Source: Opitutaceae bacterium
Lineage (GTDB): Bacteria > Verrucomicrobiota > Verrucomicrobiia > Opitutales > Coraliomargaritaceae
Assembly (NCBI GenBank): GCA_051252375.1
Contig: JBPOFY010000001.1
Coordinates: 64,001-128,000 of the forward strand
Reading direction: 5' to 3'
DNA: 64,000 nt
The translations under genes and the position numbers were made by a program. Below the pieces are notes generated by a model. The model worked only from the letters and a program-made list of their open reading frames with translations. It was not told the DNA's origin and searched no databases. This document shows, one piece after another, positions 19,067 to 30,610 of this stretch. Within the stretch, counting starts at the first letter, position 1; each line of letters opens with the position of its first letter.

Positions 19067-19396
19067 ATGGCAGACGAACCAAAAGGACTCAACAAACCAG
19101 TAAAACTCAAAGCAGACCTAGCTGCTTTTCTCGGCGCAGAATCACTTCCAAGAACCGAAATCACCAAGAAACTTTGGGATTACATCAAAGGTCAAGGCCT
19201 TCAGACTAAAACTGAGAATGGCGCAGCTATGAATGCCGGTAAATATATCGTTGCCGACAGCAAGTTGCTACCAATTTTCAAGAACACAAAGTCTACTAGC
19301 AAATCTGGCAAACTCACTGACCTGACTGGCATCCAAGAAGGTCAAACCATCAACATGATGCAAATGGCTGCCGTCGTCGGTGCCAACGTCGAGTAA
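19067..19396 (+). CDS. SWIB/MDM2 domain protein
   Basis: LAAFLGAESLPRTEITKKLWDYIK..GLQ motif. Confidence 0.85.
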   Translation: MADEPKGLNKPVKLKADLAAFLGAESLPRTEITKKLWDYIKGQGLQTKTENGAAMNAGKYIVADSKLLPIFKNTKSTSKSGKLTDLTGIQEGQTINMMQMAAVVGANVE

Positions 19397-19420
19397 GCTA
19401 ACTCTTCAAACGCAAATTTC

Positions 19421-19457
19421 AAAAACGGCTGCTTCAATTCGAGGCAGCCGTTTTTTT
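19421..19457 (+). terminator. Rho-independent terminator (potentially bidirectional)
   Basis: aaaaacggctgcttc-aattc-gaggcagccg followed by a T run. Confidence 0.85.
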
Positions 19458-19477
19458 GTGCCATATAATCATTCTAC

Positions 19478-19559
19478 TGTAGCCACGTCACTCTGTGACG
19501 TGGTCGTCAACGTCTGCCGATGATGAAAGAAAACACGGCAGGAGACTGCCGTGGCTACA
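19478..19559. repeat. GTAG-type REP doublet (REPIN-like)
   Basis: tgtagccacgtcac-tct-gtgacgtgg ... cacggcag-gaga-ctgccgtggctaca; near-identical arms at 41144-41228. Confidence 0.85.
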
Positions 19560-19561
19560 CC

Positions 19562-22078
19562 CTACTCTGGCGGCAGCAGCTTTGCCAACTCTTCCAGATC
19601 GTTGAAGTGCTCACTTAAATCTTTCGCGCTGCCGAGATGCCCAAGCGTATTCTCAAACAACTCCCGCTTCTCTTTCTTGAGATGCTGAATGCGCTCCTCG
19701 ATCGTGCCTTGAGTAATCATACGATACACAAAAACACGTCGATCTTGACCGATGCGGTGCACGCGGTCCACCGCTTGATTCTCCACGGCAGGGTTCCACC
19801 AAGGATCGAGCAAGAAAACATAATCCGCTGCATGCAGCGTGATCCCAGTGCCACCAGCTCGCAGACTGACCAGTATCACCGCGGGTCCCTTCTTCTTTTG
19901 AAACGACTCCACCGGCTTTGCGCGGTTCCGCGTCTCTCCGCTTAATTCAAATATAGCGACATCGGGAAACTCCTGCTCAATCAATGGCTTCAAGCGCTTT
20001 AACAATTGCAGGAACTGACTAAAGATAACCACCTTGCGCGCTCCGTTGCCACCCAATGCCTCAGAGAGCCTCGTCAAGAGCATCTGAATTTTACCACTTT
20101 GCTTAAGATCCGCATCAATCCCAGGGATCAATCCCGGATCACAACAGGTCTGACGCAAACGTGTCAGCAAGGTGAAAAAGTTCATCGCCTGCGACTGCAT
20201 TGCAGCCTGCAAATCGTCCCCGAGTTCCTCTTTACCGCGTGCCAATAAGCCTTCGTAGGTCTGCTTTTGGAAATCCGTGATCGGGCAGATCAAATCCATC
20301 TCTACTTTCGGCGGCAGATCTTTACCCACTTTGTCTTTCTGACGACGCAAGATGAAAGGTGCAATTTGCTGCCGCAAACGTTCCTCAAAACCCGCCCGCA
20401 GTTCCGCGCTTGGCGATTCAACCGCGTCTTCAAATCGCCGACGTGAGCCCAACAGCCCAGGCATCAGGAAACGGAAGAGCGTCCACAAATCCAGCAAACG
20501 ATTCTCAATCGGTGTGCCGGTCAGTGCCAAACGGCACTCCGCTTTAATTGCGCAACAAGCCTGCGTCACCTTAGCATCGGGATTCTTAATCTGTTGCGCC
20601 TCATCCAACACCGCATAACCAAAACAATGCTGCTCGAGCAAATGCTTATGCCGCCGCAACTGAGTGTAACTGGCAATCCACAATGTAGGCATTGGCGCAT
20701 CGCTATCCTCAAAGTGGTCGCTACCACGAAGCACTTTTGTATTCAAATTTGGATACCAGCGCTTCACCTCATTCTCCCAAACAGGCACCACACTCGCAGG
20801 GCAGACGATCAAGCTATTCTTATCTTCGAACGGATACGCATTGAGCAAAGTCAGAACCTGCAGCGTCTTCCCCAGCCCCATTTCATCGGCTAATAAGCCA
20901 TGGCATGCTTGCTCACGTAGATGCGCCATCCAATGCACCCCCTGCGCCTGATAAGGTCTAAGGAAGTCCGGCAATTCCACCGTCTCCTCGGCAGAGGCCT
21001 CCATCATAGCCTGACGCCATGACTTCAGCTCATCTTCTAAATCAAGCTCAGCACCGCGTTCTCCAAACAAGGAAAACACCATATAACGAGGCCAGACCTG
21101 CGCCGCCTCAGAATGATTCGTCGCAGCGATCCGCCATTCCGCTAGAGCCGCAGACTGCTCTTCAGCAATACGCACCAGCCCTAAACCTTTAATAATGTGC
21201 GTGCCACGCCCAGCACGGGCGAGACGCTCGGCATCTTCCGGATCAAGCCATGCTTTACCCAACTTGAAACGCCAATCCACACGCATCGTGTCGCGCTCAG
21301 AAGATTCCACACGACCAATAATTTTCACCTGCCGCACGCCTTGCGCCATAATCTGCGCCTCATAATCAAGATCGATAAAATCAAACGCCGCCTCCCACCT
21401 TTTGAGCGTGTGCGAAAAGAACGGCGCTATGCGTTCAGGGTCGCGAATTAAAAAGTCATTCGAATCACGGCGAAATTCAAACCCCGACTCTTTTGACCGT
21501 CCCGTCAAGCGAACCAACAGCTCCCGCTCTGCGCTCATGAGAGGCACCTCATCACTTCTAAACGCAGACTCCTTCGAAAAGTCAGGATTGGTCCAATAGG
21601 CCGTCAACCGTAGTCCCCCATCAGCGCCTTCCAATCGAGGAGTTAAACGTCGCGCGGGCCGCTCGTCTGGTTCCTCGACGGGTGCTTGATCAACTAGCTC
21701 GATCTCGTCCTCGGCGCTTTCCTTCGGCTCATACCGCAACGGGGGAATCTCATCCGCAATCAATTCTTCAATTTCATAGAGGCCGCCCACAGCGACCGCG
21801 TCTCCTAAATCAGCATCATCAGCCGAGCAACGCACATGCGGTCCCTCCATCGTCCATTCGATCACCGCGTAGCAGGTATCTTTCCGAGCAAATTTGCAGT
21901 GAATAATTGCATCCTTCGCCGCCAACTCCACACCGGAGATCTGGCTCTTCAAATATATCTCCCTGCCGCGGCGCAAAGCATCTCGAGAAAAAGACTGCTC
22001 CCAATCGACACCAACATTCCTAAACCAAACCTCAAGAGCGGCGGGGTTATAGACACGACTGGATAAACGAGTGGACAT
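19562..22078 (-). CDS. SNF2-family helicase/ATPase
   Basis: LRPYQ, LADEMGLGKT, DEAQ, TGTPIEN, DPWWNPAVENQAVDRVHRIGQ motifs. Confidence 0.95.
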   Translation of the reverse strand: MSTRLSSRVYNPAALEVWFRNVGVDWEQSFSRDALRRGREIYLKSQISGVELAAKDAIIHCKFARKDTCYAVIEWTMEGPHVRCSADDADLGDAVAVGGLYEIEELIADEIPPLRYEPKESAEDEIELVDQAPVEEPDERPARRLTPRLEGADGGLRLTAYWTNPDFSKESAFRSDEVPLMSAERELLVRLTGRSKESGFEFRRDSNDFLIRDPERIAPFFSHTLKRWEAAFDFIDLDYEAQIMAQGVRQVKIIGRVESSERDTMRVDWRFKLGKAWLDPEDAERLARAGRGTHIIKGLGLVRIAEEQSAALAEWRIAATNHSEAAQVWPRYMVFSLFGERGAELDLEDELKSWRQAMMEASAEETVELPDFLRPYQAQGVHWMAHLREQACHGLLADEMGLGKTLQVLTLLNAYPFEDKNSLIVCPASVVPVWENEVKRWYPNLNTKVLRGSDHFEDSDAPMPTLWIASYTQLRRHKHLLEQHCFGYAVLDEAQQIKNPDAKVTQACCAIKAECRLALTGTPIENRLLDLWTLFRFLMPGLLGSRRRFEDAVESPSAELRAGFEERLRQQIAPFILRRQKDKVGKDLPPKVEMDLICPITDFQKQTYEGLLARGKEELGDDLQAAMQSQAMNFFTLLTRLRQTCCDPGLIPGIDADLKQSGKIQMLLTRLSEALGGNGARKVVIFSQFLQLLKRLKPLIEQEFPDVAIFELSGETRNRAKPVESFQKKKGPAVILVSLRAGGTGITLHAADYVFLLDPWWNPAVENQAVDRVHRIGQDRRVFVYRMITQGTIEERIQHLKKEKRELFENTLGHLGSAKDLSEHFNDLEELAKLLPPE

Positions 22079-22185
22079 ACGGACAGATAGAGCCCGCCAT
22101 CATAGCTTTTTTTGAATTCACACCGCAAGGACTTTTGCGGATTCATGACATGCAAGTCGTATAGGCAGGAACACATCTACAAAAA

Positions 22186-22261
22186 TGTAGCCGCCTCACT
22201 CTGTGAGGCTCCGTCCTGATCAGCCACCTATAGAAACACGTCACAGAGTGACGTGGCTACA
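22186..22261. repeat. GTAG-type REP doublet
   Basis: tgtagccgcctcac-tct-gtgaggc ... cacgtcac-aga-gtgacgtggctaca, flanked by aaaaa/ttttt. Confidence 0.85.
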
Positions 22262-22294
22262 TTTTTCAAATCTGTAATCTTTACAAAGACGAGC

Positions 22295-23251
22295 CTACCG
22301 ATCTGCAACAGCAGCTAGGATCTCGCCATATAACTTTGCCAGCTCTGGCATCGCTGCGCCCAACGCTTGCCCACGTCTAAGCGGCTCTCCCCAGATTCCC
22401 TCGACTTCAACTGCACGACCATCGAGAAAGTCGATCAAGGACGAGGGCTGATAGGCACCCATCGTCGTAGTCACATCTATCTGCCCTTGTAGGAAACTAT
22501 CCGAAATATCGTATCCAGCCAGCGCTGCTGCAGATTGCACCTCCTCCATCAATGACCGCACACGACGCGCCAGGTCGGGGTCGGCCAAAATCTTATCGGT
22601 GGTGATCCCGCCCGCAGCGATCGAAAGGCCATTGAACGGCACATTCCAACACAGCTTTCGCCAAAGCGACGAATCAAAGGCCAGTGAATATTTTGTCGTA
22701 ATACCCGCTTGCTCGAAAACGCGAACCGCTGCCTGCGCTTCTTCTGGATAAGTATCATTGAGCGAACCAATTTCCACACGCCCTGGCAGATAGTTCTCCA
22801 CCACCGAAGCTGCCGTGCGGTTCACGCACACGAAACACAAACCAGCCAAGATCGGATTCTCCGGAAAATGCTTCGCAAAGAACTCTGCATTACCCATGCC
22901 GTTCTGCAGAGTGAGCACTACTGTATGCTTCGGCTCAATCAATGGTCGCAGGCTCTCGATCAGTTGAGCATTCACTGTCGATTTCGCCGCAATGATCACG
23001 CAGTCAACCACTCCAATTTCCGCCGCATTTTGAGCCACCTGTGCAGGTTCTATGCGATATTCCGCATTTAAGATATCCTTACGCGGATCAATCATCCGAA
23101 TGGTAACGCCATTCGTCTTCATCGCGTCATAATCTGATCGCGCCACTACATGCAGCGGCGCCCCCTCCTTTGCCAACAGCCCACCATAATAGAGCCCGAT
23201 GGCTCCGGGACCGACGAGTGCATACCGACTAGAAAGACTTAAGGATGACAT
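22295..23251 (-). CDS. panE: 2-dehydropantoate 2-reductase
   Basis: GPGAIG, LQNGMG, WRKLCWN, SSLID and EVEGI motifs; start uncertain (23251 or 23272). Confidence 0.9.
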   Translation of the reverse strand: MSSLSLSSRYALVGPGAIGLYYGGLLAKEGAPLHVVARSDYDAMKTNGVTIRMIDPRKDILNAEYRIEPAQVAQNAAEIGVVDCVIIAAKSTVNAQLIESLRPLIEPKHTVVLTLQNGMGNAEFFAKHFPENPILAGLCFVCVNRTAASVVENYLPGRVEIGSLNDTYPEEAQAAVRVFEQAGITTKYSLAFDSSLWRKLCWNVPFNGLSIAAGGITTDKILADPDLARRVRSLMEEVQSAAALAGYDISDSFLQGQIDVTTTMGAYQPSSLIDFLDGRAVEVEGIWGEPLRRGQALGAAMPELAKLYGEILAAVADR

Positions 23252-23370
23252 AGCTCGATTAGGTCGAACCACAATTCAGCCGCAACGGGAAAATCATGAA
23301 TACACTCAATACCTTAGTTAGAACTGCAAAATCACTCGCGATCTACGGTGCGATACATATTAATAGACGC

Positions 23371-23796
23371 ATGAAATACATCAGCCTACCACTGCTCCTC
23401 CTCTTACCTTTTGCACTGCTTGCTGCCGACGACCACGGCAATGTTTCGGTTGAAATACTCGCCCAATCGGATCGCTCTTGGGATGGCGCAAAGTTACCAG
23501 CCTATCCAACAGAAGGCCCACAAATCAGTGTGGTAAAAGTGACCATCCCTCCACACTCGAAACTGAAATGGCATAAGCATCCCTCAATGAATGCAGGCTA
23601 TATGATCAGCGGCGAAATCCTCGTCACTGCCGAAGATGGTCAGACACGAGTGGTGAAAGCCGGCGAAGGACTGATCGAGATGGTCGACACCTGGCACTAT
23701 GGTCGCAACGACGGCGATGTGCCCGCTGAAATCGTGGTGGTGTATTCCGGCGTGAAAGACCGCCCGCTAGCGATCATCAAAGAAGACGCGGAGTAG
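23371..23796 (+). CDS. Secreted cupin domain protein
   Basis: Signal peptide; WHKHP...GEI and EMVDTWHYGRN cupin motifs. Confidence 0.88.
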   Translation: MKYISLPLLLLLPFALLAADDHGNVSVEILAQSDRSWDGAKLPAYPTEGPQISVVKVTIPPHSKLKWHKHPSMNAGYMISGEILVTAEDGQTRVVKAGEGLIEMVDTWHYGRNDGDVPAEIVVVYSGVKDRPLAIIKEDAE

Positions 23797-23815
23797 CCGA
23801 TAGACCGCAAGGCAA

Positions 23816-24313
23816 CTACTGCGCAAGCAAGGGCACGATCTGCTCAATCAGCCAATCGCCCTCTACTTTGATCCAGTTCACGCGATACTCCATGGTGTCG
23901 CCCATTTTTTCGGATCCATTCATGACTACATTGCAGGTCGCCTTAAAGACGGACTCCGCCTCGAGCTCGGACTCCGCAACCTCGACGGAATGACTATGCA
24001 CTCGTATCGAAGCCTTATCAATTTGCCCCCACACACTTAAAAACGCGGAAGCAATTGTATCCGAATCTCCCGACAGCTGACGGGCTTGATAGTATTCAAT
24101 GTGCGTTTTCTTCGCGAAGATCTTCGTCAGCTGACGGCTACGACTTAAAGCCTCGAAAGTAGAAACCGGAGCATCTTTCTCAACGACCTCAACCAGCTTA
24201 TCCAATTGCCCACGTATCGCACTTTCGTCCGAACCTCGCAGAAAGAAAAACCACACCGTCAGCAGAATAAATGCGGCTAGAAAAACCAGGGTAATTTTGT
24301 TTTTTTCAAACAT
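23816..24313 (-). CDS. Membrane-anchored NTF2-like hypothetical protein
   Basis: N-terminal TM; C-terminal W.KVEGDWLI typical of NTF2-like folds; overlaps the nadB stop. Confidence 0.65.
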   Translation of the reverse strand: MFEKNKITLVFLAAFILLTVWFFFLRGSDESAIRGQLDKLVEVVEKDAPVSTFEALSRSRQLTKIFAKKTHIEYYQARQLSGDSDTIASAFLSVWGQIDKASIRVHSHSVEVAESELEAESVFKATCNVVMNGSEKMGDTMEYRVNWIKVEGDWLIEQIVPLLAQ

Positions 24314-25920
24314 CAGGTTAGCTGCACTTTTGAATTCAGCAGCTCGGTGCTTTTATCCAAATAGTCCAAGGTGTAGTGTAGACCGCGGCTTTCCTTGCGC
24401 TGCAAAGCACATTCAACCACAAGACCGGCGACGAGGATGAGGTTACGTAGTTCGAGCAAGCTCTCGTCGACTTTAAAATCCCAGTAGTATTCATTGATCT
24501 CGCGATCGAGCGTTTGAATACGAGTGCGCGCGCGTTCGAGACGCTTAGTGGAACGAACGATGCCGACGTAGTCCCACATCGTGCGCTTTAATTCATCCCA
24601 GTTATGCAACAGAACTACGCGTTCGTCGGAATCGCGCACATCGCCATCGACCCAATCAGGCAAGGCCTGCGCTTCATTCTTGGAGGCAGCTAAATAATCA
24701 GCCACTGCCTTCGCTCCGCGATTGGCCATCACGACGGCTTCTAAAAGTGAATTACTCGCTAGTCGGTTGGCACCATGCAAGCCCGTGCAGGCAACTTCAC
24801 CACAAGCATACAAACCATTGAGCGAAGTCTCCCCGCTGAGATTGGTCTTCACCCCACCGCAAAGATAATGAGCGGCAGGCACGACAGGGATCATATCCTT
24901 CTCCAACGCGATCCCCTGCTTCGAGCAGTAATCATAAATATTCGGAAAATGATCGTGCAGCTTCTTCAATGAGATTTGGCGAGTATCTAGCCACACATGC
25001 CGCGCTCCTGATTTCTTCATTTCAGAGTCAATCGCCCGCGCCACGATATCGCGCGGGGCGAGATCCTTGCGCTTATCGTAACGCTCCATGAAGGCTTCGC
25101 CTTTTAGATTTCTTAAAATCGCACCTTCGCCTCGAACTGCCTCGCTGATGAGAAAGCGATCCGAATCTTTACCGTAAAACGCTGTCGGATGGAATTGGAT
25201 GAATTCCATGTTCTGAATCTCGACGCCCGCACGATAGGCCATCGCGACACCATCACCTGTGGCAATGAATGGATTGGTTGTGTATTGATACACTTGCCCG
25301 ATCCCGCCAGTGGCAAGGAGCACGACTCCTGCTTGAAAGGTTTCGACTTTCTCGGACTGCGTATCGAGCGCATAAAGACCGAGCACTCGATCTCCTGCTT
25401 TCTTCGAGCGACGACCTTTGCCGGAAGCGAGCTTCGATTCGGTGATCAATTCGACCGCAAAGTGATGCTCGTAAGTGTCGATATTCGGCGAGGTCGCCAC
25501 GGCATGCACGAGCGCTTCTTCAATCGCTCTACCCGTGACATCTTTGACGTGGAGAATACGGCGCTGTGAGTGACCACCTTCTTTACCCAGCGACACGCTA
25601 CCATCTGCCAATTGCGTGAAAGCCACACCGCGATGAGCCAGCTCATCAATACTCGCCGCACCGTCTTTTAAAATTTCTCGAACCGCTGCCTCATCGCAAA
25701 GCCCATCGCCAGCATCCAAGGTGTCCGCTACGTGCATTTCGACATCGTCCGTCTTCGAAGTCACCGCCGCGATACCACCTTGTGCATAATTGGTATTCGA
25801 TTCCGCCGAATTCTTCTTCGTGATAATGGCCACGCGTTGCCCCGCCTCTGCCACTTTCAGAGCAAAGCTAATTCCGGCAATTCCGCTGCCGACCACGAGC
25901 ACATCGTAGGATTTGGACAT
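24313..25920 (-). CDS. nadB: L-aspartate oxidase
   Basis: GSGIAG, AQGGIA, EGGHS, QFHPT, SEAVRGEG, GLHGANRLASNSLLE motifs. Confidence 0.96.
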   Translation of the reverse strand: MSKSYDVLVVGSGIAGISFALKVAEAGQRVAIITKKNSAESNTNYAQGGIAAVTSKTDDVEMHVADTLDAGDGLCDEAAVREILKDGAASIDELAHRGVAFTQLADGSVSLGKEGGHSQRRILHVKDVTGRAIEEALVHAVATSPNIDTYEHHFAVELITESKLASGKGRRSKKAGDRVLGLYALDTQSEKVETFQAGVVLLATGGIGQVYQYTTNPFIATGDGVAMAYRAGVEIQNMEFIQFHPTAFYGKDSDRFLISEAVRGEGAILRNLKGEAFMERYDKRKDLAPRDIVARAIDSEMKKSGARHVWLDTRQISLKKLHDHFPNIYDYCSKQGIALEKDMIPVVPAAHYLCGGVKTNLSGETSLNGLYACGEVACTGLHGANRLASNSLLEAVVMANRGAKAVADYLAASKNEAQALPDWVDGDVRDSDERVVLLHNWDELKRTMWDYVGIVRSTKRLERARTRIQTLDREINEYYWDFKVDESLLELRNLILVAGLVVECALQRKESRGLHYTLDYLDKSTELLNSKVQLT

Positions 25921-25971
25921 AACTCAATGGCTAATGAATAATTTCTAATGACTGATTCAAGAAACACATTT

Positions 25972-26814
25972 CTAAATCAAAATATTATCGATCAAACGTG
26001 TTTGATCGACCCAAACGGAGACGGTGATGACTTGCTTGCCGGGGAGAATCTCGCGGGCGGGCTTCATCGTATCGCGATCGACGATCTGAACGTAGATCAC
26101 TCGGACACGGCGAGAGAGTGATAAGTTGTGTGTAATTTCGGCCACCACGCGATCGACGCTGCGGGTGCCCTCTTCGATCATACTTTTCGCGATATTGAGC
26201 GACTTTGAAATGCTCAATGCCTCGGAGCGCTGTAAAGTCGACAAATATGCGTTGCGCGAACTGGTGGCTAGACCATCAGGGTCGCGATGAGTCGCCCCGA
26301 TCACGACCTCGGCAGGGATATTCAAATCATTCACCATCTTGCGGATCACGGCGCATTGCTGCGCATCTTTTTGACCAAACACCGCGATGTCGGGGCGAGT
26401 GATGTTAAAGAGCTTCAGGCAAACCGTCGTCACACCACGAAAATGATGTGGGCGGGAAACGCCACAAAGTCCGTCCGTAATGACTTCCTCAGTCACATAA
26501 GTGGAATAACCGTCGGGATACATTTCACTGAGCGATGGGTTGAATACTATATCGGCACCGCGCTCGCGGCATTTCTCGATATCTTCCTCCAACATACGGG
26601 GATAGCGGTCATAATCCTCGTTCGGCCCGAATTGGGTGGGGTTGACAAATATCGAAACAATGACTTTGTCTGCCTTTTCCTTGGCAATATCAATCAATGA
26701 GAGATGCCCTTCGTGCAGGCAGCCCATCGTCGGGACCAGCCCGATCAATCGACCGCTGGAGCGCAAGCCGATGGCGTGAGATTGCATTTCGTTGACCGAT
26801 TGAATTGTCTGCAT
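25972..26814 (-). CDS. panC: Pantoate--beta-alanine ligase
   Basis: VPTMGCLHEGH, SIFVNPTQF, FGQKDAQQ and RLIDN motifs. Confidence 0.97.
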   Translation of the reverse strand: MQTIQSVNEMQSHAIGLRSSGRLIGLVPTMGCLHEGHLSLIDIAKEKADKVIVSIFVNPTQFGPNEDYDRYPRMLEEDIEKCRERGADIVFNPSLSEMYPDGYSTYVTEEVITDGLCGVSRPHHFRGVTTVCLKLFNITRPDIAVFGQKDAQQCAVIRKMVNDLNIPAEVVIGATHRDPDGLATSSRNAYLSTLQRSEALSISKSLNIAKSMIEEGTRSVDRVVAEITHNLSLSRRVRVIYVQIVDRDTMKPAREILPGKQVITVSVWVDQTRLIDNILI

Positions 26815-26928
26815 AATAAAGTTTCCGCATTGATTTCGTAGCGGATACCTACTTTTTCACAATACTATTCATAAATCAACACACACGAACTCTTAGCCAT
26901 TAGCTATTAAACATTAGGCTTTTTCATT

Positions 26929-28173
<1,245 letters not shown>

Positions 28174-28194
28174 ACGCTTCGACAGTTTAATTTC

Positions 28195-28230
28195 AAAAGG
28201 CCGTCTTTGCTTCGCAGAGGCGGCCTTTTT
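28195..28230. terminator. Bidirectional rho-independent terminator
   Basis: aaaaggccgtctttgc-ttc-gcagaggcggccttttt between convergent genes. Confidence 0.85.
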
Positions 28231-28307
28231 GATTACGAGAATGGGAAGGTAGGGACGTCTAGAATGTCACTGCCTCAAGGATTAGGGACAATTGGGGCAG
28301 GAAAATA

Positions 28308-28403
28308 GGTAGCGGCGATGGTCCCCATCGCCACACGTCTGTGCCACTCAACCTGACTAAGAGCGAAACACATGCAATGGCGGTCGGGACGACCGCCCCT
28401 ACC
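28308..28403. repeat. GTAG-type REP doublet, second stem variant
   Basis: ggtagcggcgatgg-tcc-ccatcgcc ... ggcggtcg-gga-cgaccgcccctacc. Confidence 0.75.
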
Positions 28404-28410
28404 GCAAAGC

Positions 28411-29148
28411 TCAATCGCGATTCCGGAACGTTAACTTGATCGTATGCATTTTCCCGGTCGGCGTAGGACCGGCTGTAGTGACCTTACGAAAAGCGGAGCG
28501 AATCGACTCGTCAAAAATGGCGTTTCCAGAACTTGGTCGAATACGTATATTGCTAATCCGACCCGAGGCAGAGACATCAAAAGAGACTTCTGAAACCAAT
28601 CCGGCATTAGCTAAACTCGCAGGCTTGATCCATGCGCTATTCAAGCGGGCATTGATCTGTGAGGCGTAGCGGCTCAGCGCGTCTTGCTCTTGCGGCGACA
28701 TATTACGATCCGAGGGCGTGGTGACCGTAGCATTCGGAATGTTGATGACCGGCGTATTGATCACAATCGGTTTGATCGTCTGCGTTGGACGCGGGGTTGG
28801 CGGCTTTCGCTGCTTGATCGGATTTTGTTCAAAAAATTCAGCGGCGCTCATCAACTTCGCCGGTGTCGGCGCAGGTGTAGTGTCTCGAGTGGGCGTGGGA
28901 GCGGGGGGCGTCGGCGTGGCCACCTCTGGGATCTCCGGCAAATCCAAGGGCTCGACGGGTTCAACGGGGGGCGGCGTGTCGACCGCGACCTGCGTCGATT
29001 GCTCACTCGGCGTCTCAAACACCTCGAAGACGTGTATCTTCTCCTTCGGCTTGAATGCCTGAATAATCGTTGCGAGCAATAAACCAAACAGCACCACCAA
29101 GTGGATAATCACTGAGGTCCAGAATGCTTGGTTTTTACGAAAGTTCAT
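28411..29148 (-). CDS. TonB/TolA-like energy transducer
   Basis: N-terminal TM with SVIIH motif, Pro-rich linker and TonB/TolA C-domain (SSGNAIFDESI). Confidence 0.88.
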   Translation of the reverse strand: MNFRKNQAFWTSVIIHLVVLFGLLLATIIQAFKPKEKIHVFEVFETPSEQSTQVAVDTPPPVEPVEPLDLPEIPEVATPTPPAPTPTRDTTPAPTPAKLMSAAEFFEQNPIKQRKPPTPRPTQTIKPIVINTPVINIPNATVTTPSDRNMSPQEQDALSRYASQINARLNSAWIKPASLANAGLVSEVSFDVSASGRISNIRIRPSSGNAIFDESIRSAFRKVTTAGPTPTGKMHTIKLTFRNRD

Positions 29149-29260
29149 TTTTTAAAAGTAGTCCCTATACTGTAAGACGGGAATAGACGAAATATATTAG
29201 AGAAAATCCCATGTCACGTCGTCTATGTTTTGCGCATTTCGTCTCTTTGGTAGTCAAATA

Positions 29261-29674
29261 TCACTCCGCTTTAGTGTCCAAACTGATCTTCGAGAGCTTC
29301 CGCGCCTTGATCATATCGATGACGGTGATGACTTTTTGATAAGGAATCGAAGCGTCGCCTCGAATACTCAAGACTGGCGGCGCAGGATCCATCGCCACGG
29401 CATCCAATCGGTCCGCGAGCTGCACAATCGTGACCTGATCAGGTCCCCAAAAATAATTACCAGCCTTATCAATCGAGATGGATTGAAAGTCCTCACGTTC
29501 CTCAGGTTGCGGCTTCGCTCCTTCGACCGGTAGGCTGACCTCGATCGTCTGCTCCAAGAGCGGCGTCGTGATCATAAAGATAATCAGCAACGCAAAGGCC
29601 AAGTCGATCAACGGCGTAACGTTGATCTCGGTCAAGGCGGAGAGCCGATTTTTACGATGGAATTTACGAGCCAC
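29261..29674 (-). CDS. ExbD/TolR biopolymer transport protein
   Basis: EINVTPLIDLAFALLIIFMITTP and IRGD motifs. Confidence 0.93.
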   Translation of the reverse strand: MARKFHRKNRLSALTEINVTPLIDLAFALLIIFMITTPLLEQTIEVSLPVEGAKPQPEEREDFQSISIDKAGNYFWGPDQVTIVQLADRLDAVAMDPAPPVLSIRGDASIPYQKVITVIDMIKARKLSKISLDTKAE

Positions 29675-29716
29675 TTTTTTGAATTAAGAAAGACGAATGT
29701 AGAATTAAGAAAGATC

Positions 29717-30451
29717 TTATGCTTCGGCGGCAGCGGCTTGAGCTTCGAGCTCGAGGCGGTCGGCCACGGTGCTGGCAAAGTTCTCCAATTCAACCACAGC
29801 GATCTTGGTGTTTTGCAGTAGATAATTGTAACCGAAAACAGATGGGATTGCGACGACTAGACCGGCAACCGTGGTGAGCAGCGCGCCAGAAACACCCGGA
29901 GCGAGACTTTGCAAACTAGCGGAACCCGCACCGGCCATACCTCCAAAAGCGTCCATTACACCCCAAACCGTGCCAAGCAGGCCAAGGAACGGAGCTCCCG
30001 TCACAATCGAGCCAAGCAGCACCATTTTGGATTCGTAGCGAATGATCTGTTCGGCCACTGCGCGTTGTAGCGCGTTTTCCACATGCCCCATCCGCAGGGT
30101 CGCACGGTGAGTATCGGTGTCAACCACTGCACCACCATAACGGAAAAAGGCTTCGAGCGCATCACGAACAATATTATAGTAAGGGCCACTTCCCTTCCCG
30201 GGACGCTCGGCATCTAAGGCGAGCAAATGTGGCTCTTTGCTAAGCGAACGCTCGTAGCGTAAATTCTGAGCACGCAACTTGGACAAATCGAGGTGCTTCC
30301 CCAACATCACCGTCCAAGCGACAATACTGAACAGCGCCAGAATGAAAATGACCACCTTGCCAGCGAAATTCGACTGCGCAAAATAAGTGAAAACATTGGG
30401 CCCTGAGGCCGCTTGAATGAAAATCGAATCGAATAAGAAAGTGAAACTCAT
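29717..30451 (-). CDS. MotA/TolQ/ExbB proton channel protein
   Basis: APFLGLLGTVWG and APGVSGALLTTVAGLVVAIPS; start placed at ATG 30451. Confidence 0.93.
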   Translation of the reverse strand: MSFTFLFDSIFIQAASGPNVFTYFAQSNFAGKVVIFILALFSIVAWTVMLGKHLDLSKLRAQNLRYERSLSKEPHLLALDAERPGKGSGPYYNIVRDALEAFFRYGGAVVDTDTHRATLRMGHVENALQRAVAEQIIRYESKMVLLGSIVTGAPFLGLLGTVWGVMDAFGGMAGAGSASLQSLAPGVSGALLTTVAGLVVAIPSVFGYNYLLQNTKIAVVELENFASTVADRLELEAQAAAAEA

Positions 30452-30610
30452 GTCTAGATCAGTAAAGGTGTATGCTGGATAGACCGCTATTAACAACGGA
30501 CGTTCAATTCCCTGCCAGCAAAAAACCGAAAAAGCTTTCCACAGCTTATACACAAAAGATTTGCTCCACCGCATTCTCAGACCTAAATATGCCCATTTAC
30601 AAAACTTCCT

